Position numbers and translations under genes: made by a program. A stretch of 64,000 bases of DNA from Faecousia sp. (GTDB lineage: Bacteria > Bacillota > Clostridia > Oscillospirales > Oscillospiraceae). Positions 30,931-40,170 of this stretch are shown piece after piece. The notes under the pieces are model-generated. The model was given only the letters and a program-made list of their open reading frames with translations, made no database searches and was not told the origin of the DNA. The stretch is taken from contig JAZOMH010000028.1 in the NCBI GenBank assembly GCA_045653785.1, positions 1,736 to 65,735 of the forward strand. The letters run 5' to 3'. Each line of letters opens with the position of its first letter. The stretch's first letter is position 1.

Positions 30931-31245
30931 TTCGTCCCAGGGAAAACCCGATATTCATTTTTCAAGGTGCAGTGGGTGCAGCGAGTGCCTCCACCGCTAA
31001 AATAGTCAAAACGCCATCCAGTTGGCGGGGATGACGGATGTAGAAAAATGAGGCAAAAATCGGGTGAATTTTCTACGCGTTTCGCCCTCCCTAAAGGGGG
31101 AGCTTACGGCGGGGGCAACTGCCCCCAGGAGTACGAGGTAGATATGCTGGCGGCATATCATACTGAGTACTTATCGCCGTTTCCTTAACTTTTAATATGC
31201 GTTTTTATCGTTATTTGTTCTAAATTATCCTTGAGGTGATATTTT

Positions 31246-32607
31246 ATGGCAAAAAAGATGAAAGCAACCGTGAGAAATGGACGAGCCACCGCAAGTGGCA
31301 AGGTCTATAACGCCAATCACAACACGAAAACCGAAACCAGAAACCAGGAGCGACACATAGACCACGCCCGCACCGACCAGAACATCAACCTCCAGTTCAC
31401 CGCTGAAGGCCGTGTTCGCCGCTGCGGTAGCTTCGATGCCAAGGCATTTGAATTGGAACGATATGAGCAGCTATACGGAGAGGGGCAGCAAGCCAAAAAT
31501 GCCCGCTATATCCAGGACGGCCATCCCGAGAGGTGCAAATCGGTAGCCGACATTTACGCCAGCCGCCGCACCGCCCCGCTGGAGACCATTATCCAGTTGG
31601 GCAGCCGAGATACGGACATTGACCCCAAGGAACGCCGAGAAATGCTAATGGGAGCAGCAGCCGAGCTTATAGCCAATATGCAAAACCGATGGGGCAACAA
31701 TATCCAATTCTTAACCCTTTCGCTGCACCAGGATGAGGCAGGAGCAGACCACATTCACGCAAGGATGACTTTTTGCGCTCTGGATAAGTTCAACCAGATA
31801 GTACCCAACCAATCCCAGGCTTTCGAGGCTATGGGCATCCAGAGGCCAGACCCGACTACCAAAGAGGGCAAATACAACTGCCCGTTGATAACCTTTTCCG
31901 AGCTTATCCGCCAGGAGTTCTATGACCTCTGCGAGAAGCGGGGTATCGTCATTGACCGAGAAGTGAAGAATCCGAGCCAGAAGCATTTGTCCGTTCTGGA
32001 ATACAAATGTAAGAAGATGGAAGAAGTGGTCGATGTTTTGACCACACAGAAGAAAGAGCTTGAAGCCGTGGCAACGGAACAGGCACAAATGATTGTCTTA
32101 GCCAAGGCAGAGATAGAGCAAGTACGGACGGAGAGGGACACCCTCCGAGACCGAAACAGCATTACCCGCACCATCCAGGAATCCCTTGAGCGACCCGATA
32201 TAAAGATAGAGGCTGAAATCCTCCCCGAGAAAAAGAACATCACGGGCAAGGTTGTAGAGCCTGAAAAGGTAAAACTGACCCGAGCCGACTATGAATGGCT
32301 GCGGGAACGAGCCACCATTACCACCGCCATTATGAACGCCTGGAGCAATTTACAGCGGTACGGGAAAAAGCTGTGGGCAGAGGTTGACCGCAACGCCAGA
32401 GTACGAGCCGCCGAGCAGCGGGCAGAAAAGGCAGAGCAGCAGACCAGGGAGGATGCCTATACCATCAAGCAGTTGACCCGCCGAGCCGAGCAAGCAGAGG
32501 CACAGGCACAGGAACAAGAGCAGTTTATGCGGGGAATGGGCATCTGGCAGCGGTTTATGCAGCGAATCGCACAAAGGCACTCCCAAGAATACCATCACAC
32601 AAGATAA
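31246..32607 (+). CDS. MOBV/Pre-family relaxase with coiled-coil C-terminus
   Basis: HN..HIDHARTDQN, LHQDE..HIH motifs. Confidence 0.8.
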   Translation: MAKKMKATVRNGRATASGKVYNANHNTKTETRNQERHIDHARTDQNINLQFTAEGRVRRCGSFDAKAFELERYEQLYGEGQQAKNARYIQDGHPERCKSVADIYASRRTAPLETIIQLGSRDTDIDPKERREMLMGAAAELIANMQNRWGNNIQFLTLSLHQDEAGADHIHARMTFCALDKFNQIVPNQSQAFEAMGIQRPDPTTKEGKYNCPLITFSELIRQEFYDLCEKRGIVIDREVKNPSQKHLSVLEYKCKKMEEVVDVLTTQKKELEAVATEQAQMIVLAKAEIEQVRTERDTLRDRNSITRTIQESLERPDIKIEAEILPEKKNITGKVVEPEKVKLTRADYEWLRERATITTAIMNAWSNLQRYGKKLWAEVDRNARVRAAEQRAEKAEQQTREDAYTIKQLTRRAEQAEAQAQEQEQFMRGMGIWQRFMQRIAQRHSQEYHHTR

Positions 32608-32618
32608 GGAGATAAACT

Positions 32619-33131
32619 ATGGAACAGCAAACTACACAAACTGTTGAGGAATTAAAGCAGGAAATATCCGCATTACAAGCAGAAATCGAAACTTTAAAGG
32701 CAAAAAAGAGCATAGCCGAGTGCATCCGAGAATCATTTGCCCAGGAACGCCCTGTGCGAGTGCTGAAGCGGAGAGTTCGGCATAAAACCATTGGCAGCAA
32801 GAATCCGCCCCAGGTGGAAATCACCATCCTGGAGTCCGATTATGAGCAGCTTTTAGAACAGGCCAAGTCTACGGCTTGGGTAGAGCGAAAGTTATCCGAG
32901 CTGAAAAGCCTGGGAGACCTCCTGTGGCACAAGATGAATCACAGCACCGTCCTACAAGATGCCATCCGACGAGCCGAAAGTGCGGAGATTACCTGTCGGG
33001 CACTTCGACAGGAAGTGGAGCAGTTAAAAACGCCACCCGTCCAGGAGTATGATGTATATTATGATGTGTCTATGGACGATGACGAGGGCAGAGAGATAGA
33101 CTATCCCTCCTTTGATGACCGAGAATTTTAA
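32619..33131 (+). CDS. Coiled-coil protein resembling the relaxase C-terminal region
   Basis: AAGGAG RBS; visible similarity to the C-terminal third of the relaxase. Confidence 0.65.
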   Translation: MEQQTTQTVEELKQEISALQAEIETLKAKKSIAECIRESFAQERPVRVLKRRVRHKTIGSKNPPQVEITILESDYEQLLEQAKSTAWVERKLSELKSLGDLLWHKMNHSTVLQDAIRRAESAEITCRALRQEVEQLKTPPVQEYDVYYDVSMDDDEGREIDYPSFDDREF

Positions 33132-33922
33132 CCGAACGGCAGCCTCCCTACCCCCGACCAGGTATCGACCCTGGTCGGGATTTTCTTTAATGTAGCCGCC
33201 AGATAATAGCCGCCGTATATGTCCTGGGCGGTGTCCAGGGAAAAATCCGCCATTTCATAGCCATCAAATTGGATTTCCAGATAGTCGGCATCCCCCCCGT
33301 TCTGGCAGAGGTCGGCCATCTTCCGATGGGAGAGCCTTCCATCCCTTTGGGTTACTGTCGGCTGCTCCAGGTTACGGCTGCCAGACCATCGTTTCCAGGT
33401 GGGGCGTTCGTCCGATTCTCCGCCCTTGGTCAAATACTTGGCAAGAGCCGTCAAGCCGTCCTTTTCAAAGCGCAAAGCATCCGCCTTGGTATCCCCCAGA
33501 CCCCAGAGCTTCTCCAGGTCTGCCCTGGTGATGCCACCCGTCAAAACCAGGTGGATGTGGAGGCGGTTGTGTTCCTGTCCGTATTCCAGGACATATATGT
33601 ACTTGCCATCCAGACCCAGGCGGGTGTACTTCCTTTTCAGCCGACGGAGGAAGTTCTGGAGCAGCCGTTGGGCATCCTCCACCGATTCGGGGAGGTTTAC
33701 CTCGTCAAAGGTCAATGTGGCGAATAAGTCTGCATCCGTGAAATTGGTATGCAGCAGCCGACGCAGCCGCCCCTCTGTGTGCCGCTGATTGAGCCGCTGC
33801 TGAATCTCGGTTGTCGGCTTGCTCCGCTTCCCTCTTTTCTTTGGATGGCTATATACTGGATAGATAGCTACCTCTAAATACTCCCCACAGTAATATTTCT
33901 TCTCTCTGTACTTCCTTTGCAT
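33128..33922 (-). CDS. HUH rolling-circle replication initiator-like protein
   Basis: FATLTF (motif I), RLHIHLVL (HUH), LAKYLTK (catalytic Tyr), RWSGSRNL. Confidence 0.8.
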   Translation of the reverse strand: MQRKYREKKYYCGEYLEVAIYPVYSHPKKRGKRSKPTTEIQQRLNQRHTEGRLRRLLHTNFTDADLFATLTFDEVNLPESVEDAQRLLQNFLRRLKRKYTRLGLDGKYIYVLEYGQEHNRLHIHLVLTGGITRADLEKLWGLGDTKADALRFEKDGLTALAKYLTKGGESDERPTWKRWSGSRNLEQPTVTQRDGRLSHRKMADLCQNGGDADYLEIQFDGYEMADFSLDTAQDIYGGYYLAATLKKIPTRVDTWSGVGRLPFG

Positions 33923-33990
33923 ATATGTTCCCTTTCCTATATGGTCATTGTGTTAATACCTTATACAAGCTCGGTATACGGGAAAGAAGT

Positions 33991-34133
33991 CCATCCCGTC
34001 GGCAAGTGTTACGCCTCTAAAGTAGATGACGAAAAATCAGCTTTTGAAAGCGGAACAGATAGCCGATAGCATAGGCATAAAAAACCCGCTACCTCCATTG
34101 TAGCTGCTTTTGCAGATATGGGCGGGTAGCGGG
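33991..34133. repeat. Copy 1 of ~140-bp conserved element-internal motif
   Basis: 25-bp identity CCATCCCGTCGGCAAGTGTTACGCC and CCCGCTAC..TTTTGCAGATATGG..GTAGCGGG shared with 35753-35889. Confidence 0.75.
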
Positions 34134-34185
34134 CCAAGGACAATTTTTGTATTGCAACTGGGAAAAGAGTGTGATAAAATACTTG

Positions 34186-34350
34186 TGCGACACAACTCTA
34201 TATGTTTGACACGACAAGGAAGTGTGCATTTTTACTTTGGTAAAAATGCATGCTCGTTTCAGCATACTTTCTTGTGTGTCTGGAGTTGTGTCGCAGCAAT
34301 CGGAGCCTCTGCGTTTTTCGGGTGCATGACTTCGGTTGTGCACCTTTTTT
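34186..34350 (+). ncRNA. Putative structured small RNA or attenuating leader
   Basis: TTGCAA-17-TAAAAT promoter; 13-bp closing stem 34186-34198/34283-34295; UUCG terminator hairpin with T6. Confidence 0.55.
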
Positions 34351-34369
34351 ACATAGAGGAGAGATTTAT

Positions 34370-35173
34370 ATGAGAGTAACGAAGAATATCTATCGTATTA
34401 TCTTGGTTATGGTATTGTGCCTATCACTAACGGCATGTGCTTGCAAGCATGAGTGGATTAACGCAACATGCACCTCGCCTGTAACCTGTGCAAAGTGCGG
34501 AGAAACAGCGGGTGAGGCAACAGGTCATAATTGGGCAAATGCTACTTGCACAACGCCAAAGACTTGTTCTGTTTGTGGAACTACCGAGGGAGACCCTCTG
34601 GCTCATGTGTGGACTGACCCGAACTGTGTAGAGCCGAAGACTTGCTCTGCTTGTGGCACAACAGAGGGCAAAGAATTAGGACACGAGTGGAAAAATGCGA
34701 CCTGTATTTTACCTGCAACTTGTACAAGGTGCGAAACAACAGCAGGTGAAGCAGCGGGTCATAATTGGGCAGAGGCTACATGTACAACACCTAAGATATG
34801 TTCCGTATGTGAGCAGACAGAGGGTGATGCACTTGGACACAGCTGGAAAGACGCTACATACTCTGCACCTAAAACCTGTAGTGTTTGCGGCAAAACTGAA
34901 GGAAGTGCGTTGAGTAGACCCAACAATGATTCGAGCAGTAATGATAGTGGCACATCAAATACTCGGACATGCTTGCTTTGTAGCAATCAAGTTAGTAGGT
35001 CTCAAACCCTTTATTGCTCTACTCATGATTGTGCCTATACCAACTGTTCCTATCCTGCTAAAAATGTCAATAGCGCATGGGGCAGCTACTGCGAGTTCCA
35101 TGGTTGCAGAGAACCTGGTTGCCTTTCTACTCCCATCGGTGGCACAAATTACTGTGGTGCACACGGTAGCTAA
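34370..35173 (+). CDS. Lipoprotein with tandem His/Cys (HxW..ATC..P.TC..CG) repeats
   Basis: Lipobox LTAC; six ~26-aa repeats; Cys/His-rich C-terminus. Confidence 0.8.
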   Translation: MRVTKNIYRIILVMVLCLSLTACACKHEWINATCTSPVTCAKCGETAGEATGHNWANATCTTPKTCSVCGTTEGDPLAHVWTDPNCVEPKTCSACGTTEGKELGHEWKNATCILPATCTRCETTAGEAAGHNWAEATCTTPKICSVCEQTEGDALGHSWKDATYSAPKTCSVCGKTEGSALSRPNNDSSSNDSGTSNTRTCLLCSNQVSRSQTLYCSTHDCAYTNCSYPAKNVNSAWGSYCEFHGCREPGCLSTPIGGTNYCGAHGS

Positions 35174-35206
35174 ATATACGATGTAATATTGGAGGAGGTG
35201 AAGCAA

Positions 35207-35428
35207 ATGCAGATGTGCCCTTTTTGTGACAAGGTATATGACGAATCCGAGTATAGCCATTGCCCCTATTGTTCTGGCGAGATAGAGGAAGATACCAGCG
35301 CAAGACCCTATAAGGATTGCCCCGAGTGTGGTGGCATCATGTATTGGGATGGATGTTGGGAATGCTCTAATTGCAACCATGAAATCCATACCGATGAAGA
35401 TGACAATGACGGCATAATTGAAGGCTAA
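35207..35428 (+). CDS. Small double Zn-ribbon protein
   Basis: CPFC, CPYC, CPEC, CSNC; GGAGGAGG RBS. Confidence 0.7.
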   Translation: MQMCPFCDKVYDESEYSHCPYCSGEIEEDTSARPYKDCPECGGIMYWDGCWECSNCNHEIHTDEDDNDGIIEG

Positions 35429-35476
35429 TAGAACAAATCAGCCGCCTCCGTGATGGAGGCGGCTGTGCTGTTTCGT

Positions 35477-35612
35477 GTCATGTTGGGGCATAATGTGGTT
35501 ATTTTGAAAAGTAGTATGCGAGTAGTACAAAAGGGGCAAACCCGTTGCAAAGGGTGGTATAAGGCGGCATAGCCTGGTCTGGCGTTCTACGATAAAATCT
35601 TGCCGTGGCAGA
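35477..35612. repeat. Element right end/att site, homologous to 48401-48536
   Basis: GTCATGTTGGGGC..AATGTGGTTATTTTGAAAAGTAGTATGCGAGTAGTACAAA..CCCGTTGCAAAGGGTGGTA..AAATCTT(G/C)CCGTGGCAGA. Confidence 0.88.
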
Positions 35613-35631
35613 CAAAGAGAATTTTCGTCAT
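35596..35631 (-). pseudogene. 5' fragment of LMW-PTP gene (MTKILFVCHG-KI)
   Basis: GAGGAG RBS and TTTACT-17-TATAAT promoter upstream; homology stops at att core. Confidence 0.8.
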
Positions 35632-35680
35632 AGTCACTCCTCGTTCTTATGTGTCATTGGATGTATTATAGCATAATTTA

Positions 35681-35751
35681 CGGCGGGAGTAAACCCCCGC
35701 CCTACGCGAACCCCCGAAAAGTATCTGTAGGGCGGGGGCTTGCTCCCGCCG
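35681..35751. repeat. GTAG-type REP doublet
   Basis: CGGCGGGAGTAAACCCCCGCCCTAC .. GTAGGGCGGGGGCTTGCTCCCGCCG. Confidence 0.7.
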
Positions 35752-35752
35752 C

Positions 35753-35889
35753 CCATCCCGTCGGCAAGTGTTACGCCATTAACATAGAAGCCGAAAAAAT
35801 GGCTTTTGCGCAGCGGAACAAATACCGATACAAACAAACTCCCGCTACCATTATCATATATACTTTTGCAGATATGGACGAGTAGCGGG
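35753..35889. repeat. Copy 2 of ~140-bp conserved motif
   Basis: See 33991-34133. Confidence 0.75.
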
Positions 35890-35997
35890 GGTAATGGAGA
35901 GAACAGCTTGATTTTTCAATGCCAAGGGTATATGATTTAATTAAGCACACGCAAGCAAGGCCAAAATTGCGGGCATAAAAAATATGGAGGTAAGAGG

Positions 35998-36273
35998 ATG
36001 TATAAATTGGATAGGGCACGCAGAGTTAAGATGGTTCTTGGTGTTTTAACACTCGTTTTCTTTGTTTTGTTTTTGCTTGGATATGCGGGCGGTGGTTATG
36101 AAATAATAATGTACGGTTTTATGAACGAACCGTTATACACAATTGTTATGGTTTCTTCACTGTTTAGTGCTGTTACTTGTTTAGTAGGCTTCTTTGTTGT
36201 GAATGCGTTGGAAAAAGATATAGCCGAGTGGCTGAGAATATTAGAAAAAAGGATAACCAACAAACACCAGTAA
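35998..36273 (+). CDS. Small two-TM membrane protein
   Basis: GGAGG RBS, two hydrophobic segments. Confidence 0.6.
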   Translation: MYKLDRARRVKMVLGVLTLVFFVLFLLGYAGGGYEIIMYGFMNEPLYTIVMVSSLFSAVTCLVGFFVVNALEKDIAEWLRILEKRITNKHQ

Positions 36274-36602
36274 CAAAAAACGTTTTCTAGCAAGAAGAAA
36301 AGCAAGAAACAACTTTCGGCCTATTAGAAAGATAAATTCCAATTTGAATTGGTAAAAATCTAATGCTGTTATTACCCTCCATAGGGCATTAACAAAATCC
36401 TCCAAAACCGTTGCGCTGCAACGGTTTTTTGCTGTTTGCTCACCTTATCCCATTATACGATTTCACTCGTGTTTACCTTGTCTACGATACCCCATAAGGG
36501 CAAAAGCAAGGGAAGAAAAATCTGATAAAACGATATAACAGAGTGTGGCAATCGGGAACTTGTGACATATGTGCGAATATAAAAATCTTGGAGGATTACA
36601 TA

Positions 36603-36980
36603 ATGGAAAAGTACATTTATAACGAGCAAAATGGCCTTTGGTATGAGTTGCAGGGCGATTATTACATCCCCTGTTTGGTACTGGATGAAGAAGATACCCA
36701 GCCTATCGGAATGTGGGGCAGAAAGTATCACCGCTATATCAAGGAGCATCGTCCGGTGCTACATACCACCTTACTTCTCAGCAGCAAGTTGAATAGCCAC
36801 CTTGCCGAGATCGACAACCGGGCAACAGAAATGTTTGACTTACTTGTGAAGCAACTGGCTGAAAATGAAGGTATCACCGAGCAGCTGAAAACGCACGATC
36901 AACTGGCCTGGGTCGGTGCTATGAACAACATCCGCAACCGGGCAGAGGAAATTGTAAATGCGGAGGTGATCTTCGCATGA
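36603..36980 (+). CDS. tnpV: TnpV family protein
   Basis: GLWYELQGDYYIPCL, IGMWG, WVGAMNNIRNRAEEIV. Confidence 0.85.
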   Translation: MEKYIYNEQNGLWYELQGDYYIPCLVLDEEDTQPIGMWGRKYHRYIKEHRPVLHTTLLLSSKLNSHLAEIDNRATEMFDLLVKQLAENEGITEQLKTHDQLAWVGAMNNIRNRAEEIVNAEVIFA

Positions 36981-37240
36981 ACATTCTGGAAGAACTGTGG
37001 TACGGCAATATTGAGCCTGCTGAGTATGATATTTCTCCCAGCAAGGAATACAAAGAGCTGCTTCAGCTAATAAGCCGGAATGAAGATAAGCTGCTCGCTA
37101 CTATGACAGATACACAGAAAGAACTGTTTGTAAAATACGCAGATTGTGTAAGGGAGCATCAGGTCATGGCGGAGAATATGTTATTCCAAAACAGTTTCCG
37201 CCTGGGTGCAAGGATAATGTTAGAGGTTATGCGTGACTGA
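36977..37240 (+). CDS. DUF6809-like small protein
   Basis: ILEELWYGNI..FRLGARIMLEV. Confidence 0.7.
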   Translation: MNILEELWYGNIEPAEYDISPSKEYKELLQLISRNEDKLLATMTDTQKELFVKYADCVREHQVMAENMLFQNSFRLGARIMLEVMRD

Positions 37241-37383
37241 CGACGATCTGCAGGCAGAAATTTGTATCAAGTAATCCAACCGGGCCGCTCCGATTTCGGG
37301 GCGGCCTTGATTCTGAAGGAACAGTAGAAAAAACATAAAAGTGTGCTATAATTAATTAAACGCCAATGAATGGGGATTTTGCC

Positions 37384-38184
37384 ATGAATGATGATTTATT
37401 AGGAAAAGAATATATTGCCAATTGGACGCTTAACGCAAAACAGCACTTTGATGACGGTGACTATGGATGGTTGTGTGACATTATCCAACTATGTTTACCA
37501 GAAGGATCGTGTAAACGAATTCTGGAATTAGGTTGCGGTGCTGGATATTCAACGCTTGCTTTTCTTCTGCGTGATTACAGTGTTATTAGTGTTGATATAA
37601 ATGACGAAGCCATTACGCATACCGATAATTTAATTAAAAAGCACGACTATACATCTGAAATCAAAACTATAGATGGCCCTGATTTTAGCCAAGCAGATGC
37701 ACTCCTGTGGAAGAAAGACCTTGTTGAAGAATGGGGAATGATCTATGCATTGACTAAACAACAGGAGAGTTTTAAGTCAATTGATCTGATCGTCCTGTGT
37801 AATCCAGGCGGCAATATATCAAGGGAATTAACACCACGCGAGAAAGATCTGTTAACGAGTGGTGGGTTCACTTGCGAGGAAATATGCAACAACATAGATA
37901 ATGGTTGCATTGACCTTTTACATAAGTGGGCCGTAATATATGCGGCATGTGCGCTTTCTAAAGCAACAGGTATTCCACTTCTAATTGTGGAAAGGGAAAC
38001 AGAAGGAGAGGTTAATAGAACTCTCGCCCAGATAAGCAACGATACTGACATGGTAATTGCAAACGCATTTGCCAAGCCTATCAAAACTGCTCCTAATGGC
38101 GGAACTCTTCTATGGAACACGATGGATGCAACCGGTCAGCAATGCTGGGGAGCAGCGGTATACGTTCCTGTTGATTTACAATAG
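37384..38184 (+). CDS. Class I SAM-dependent methyltransferase
   Basis: ILELGCGAGY, ISVDIN. Confidence 0.75.
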   Translation: MNDDLLGKEYIANWTLNAKQHFDDGDYGWLCDIIQLCLPEGSCKRILELGCGAGYSTLAFLLRDYSVISVDINDEAITHTDNLIKKHDYTSEIKTIDGPDFSQADALLWKKDLVEEWGMIYALTKQQESFKSIDLIVLCNPGGNISRELTPREKDLLTSGGFTCEEICNNIDNGCIDLLHKWAVIYAACALSKATGIPLLIVERETEGEVNRTLAQISNDTDMVIANAFAKPIKTAPNGGTLLWNTMDATGQQCWGAAVYVPVDLQ

Positions 38185-38307
38185 CTTTTTCACCGTTTGT
38201 CCATTTTACTCAAGGAAGCTAAAACATCCGGAGGGCCGTAAGACCTTCCGGATGTTTTGTGTGATCGTTTTGGAAAACTAACAGGCCAAAAAGTTACCTT
38301 TGTTTTC

Positions 38308-39360
38308 CTATATTTCATCTGGCTTTTCCTGGCTGTGCCACTTGTTCAAAACTGCTTCAACCTGAGCAATTAGCTGATCTTTATTAGGCATGTAGAAAAT
38401 ATATCGGGAAGCAAAAATGTTGTTGGAAAGGCCACCCAAAGCATATTCTGCCGTAATGCTATCTTTATCAGTACACAGGATAATGCCAATAGGAGGGTTA
38501 TCGTCCGGGTCATTGACCTCGGCAGCATAATAATTTAGGTACATATTGATCTGCCCGGCGGCTTCCGGTGTCAGTTTGGTGGTCTTCAGCTCAATCAGCA
38601 CATAAGCCCGGAGAATCTTGTTATAAAACACCATATCTACATAGTAGTGGGTGTTGTTCAGTGTTACCCGTTGCTGTGTGCCGACAAACATAAAACCACG
38701 ACCAAGCTCCAACAGGAATTTTTCGATCTGCTGTACCAACGCACGCTCCAGATCACTTTCCATCATCGGTTTGTCTTCTGGCAACCCCAAGAACTCAAAG
38801 ACATAGGGATCGCGGATAATATCCGCAGGTTGAGTAATCTCGTTGCCGCGCAGCGCCAACATAAGCACCTGTTCCTTGCTGGCATTGCCACGAGAGAGCA
38901 ACAGGCGTTCGAAGAGCGAGCTCTCAATTTGCCGCTTAAGTTCTCGAACAGACCAGCCAGAATTGACCGCTTCTTTCTCGTAAAAGCTACGCTTGTCTGT
39001 ATCAGAGATAGACAGCAGCTCACAATAGTGCGACCAGCTCAATTTGCCAGACAGCGTCTGGCATTTATCATAAGTCAGATAAAAGGAACGCATATTCTGC
39101 AAATTGGATCTCGAAAAACCTTTTCCGAATTCTTCTGTCAGCGTACGAGACAATTCCTTTAAGGTTTGCTTCCCATAGTCTGCTCTGCTCGGATCAGATT
39201 GTTCATATTCACAAATAATACGACCAATGTTCCAATATGTGTTGAGAAGCTCGTTGTTTACTTGCTGTGCAACGTGATTGCGTGCAGTATCTAAAACTGA
39301 CTTAATTTCCCGAATAACTGGGGTTAGCTCCATTTTTGAGGTTAAACTGATATTCTCCAT
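38308..39360 (-). CDS. YhcG/DUF1016 PD-(D/E)xK nuclease domain protein
   Basis: YWNIG, LSWSHY, RDPYVFEFL, FLLELGRGF, IELK, PIGIILC. Confidence 0.92.
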   Translation of the reverse strand: MENISLTSKMELTPVIREIKSVLDTARNHVAQQVNNELLNTYWNIGRIICEYEQSDPSRADYGKQTLKELSRTLTEEFGKGFSRSNLQNMRSFYLTYDKCQTLSGKLSWSHYCELLSISDTDKRSFYEKEAVNSGWSVRELKRQIESSLFERLLLSRGNASKEQVLMLALRGNEITQPADIIRDPYVFEFLGLPEDKPMMESDLERALVQQIEKFLLELGRGFMFVGTQQRVTLNNTHYYVDMVFYNKILRAYVLIELKTTKLTPEAAGQINMYLNYYAAEVNDPDDNPPIGIILCTDKDSITAEYALGGLSNNIFASRYIFYMPNKDQLIAQVEAVLNKWHSQEKPDEI

Positions 39361-39378
39361 ATTAACACCTCCTTGGGA

Positions 39379-40170
39379 TTATATGTAACCCATTTCTTGG
39401 CAATGGTCAGCTACAGCTTTCTTAAAGTCTTTAAGTTTTGTCTGATACCCTCTGTGTGCGGTAATCAGGCTGCTGACACTCATTTCATTGCAAACGAGGA
39501 GCTCGTTCACAGAAAGCTTAAATGACTGAATCATTTGTTCAGAAATGACATCTTTAGGCTTATCATAGCCATCATATTCTCCCTGACAAAAACTTAACAG
39601 TACCTGAGCATACCATTTACGAATCAATGTGTCCATACATCTATGAATACACGATATTGATGTAAGAATACTGTTTGCTTTTGCGTCGAAACCATCTTCG
39701 GTCAATATTTCAAACTTACCGGATGCGTGTGCCATTTCATTTCTGGTATCGACCAGATCACCAACAGCAGAAATTTGGGAGCGATCCAATTCAATGATTT
39801 TGAACAGTCTTGCTATGTCCTTTTCTGGAATCAAGCTATACGCAAATATCGAGTCAGCATCTTCGATTTTCAAATCTCTTTCCCGTCCATTGTACGGGCG
39901 TGCAAATACGATAGCATCTTTGTAGCGTTCCGGCTCAATTTGCCCGATTTTCCACGCCGTACAATAGATATAGGTCATATAAAGAAGATGGAGACCAAAA
40001 TATGCAAACTGATATTGCCCAAATTTATAGTTTACCGCAATGAGATTGGTAATGTTCTGGATGTAATTGATTACGTCCTCTTCATCAGCGGGATCAATAG
40101 GAAGATAGTTCAATATTTCTTGCAGATATGGTACCTCGGTATAATCAACTACATCAGACACTTTACTCAC
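39379..40170 (-). CDS. Hypothetical protein with HEPN-like RxxxxH motif
   Basis: TRNEMAHASG; 8-nt overlap with R-M gene. Confidence 0.6.
   Translation of the reverse strand: MSKVSDVVDYTEVPYLQEILNYLPIDPADEEDVINYIQNITNLIAVNYKFGQYQFAYFGLHLLYMTYIYCTAWKIGQIEPERYKDAIVFARPYNGRERDLKIEDADSIFAYSLIPEKDIARLFKIIELDRSQISAVGDLVDTRNEMAHASGKFEILTEDGFDAKANSILTSISCIHRCMDTLIRKWYAQVLLSFCQGEYDGYDKPKDVISEQMIQSFKLSVNELLVCNEMSVSSLITAHRGYQTKLKDFKKAVADHCQEMGYI

Larger units (their letters stand above)
29043..35610. mobile_element. Integrative mobilizable element 1 inserted in the LMW-PTP gene (int pseudogene, xis, MOBV relaxase, HUH Rep, cargo)
   Basis: Bounded by TT(C/G)CCGTGGCA cores at 29043 and 35600; AGTAGTA arm-like repeats near both ends. 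Confidence 0.8.

Noticed and set aside
34440-34910. 78-bp periodic repeats as a possible CRISPR array
   Set aside because: They are degenerate in-frame protein repeats; no identical repeat-spacer structure and no cas genes in the window
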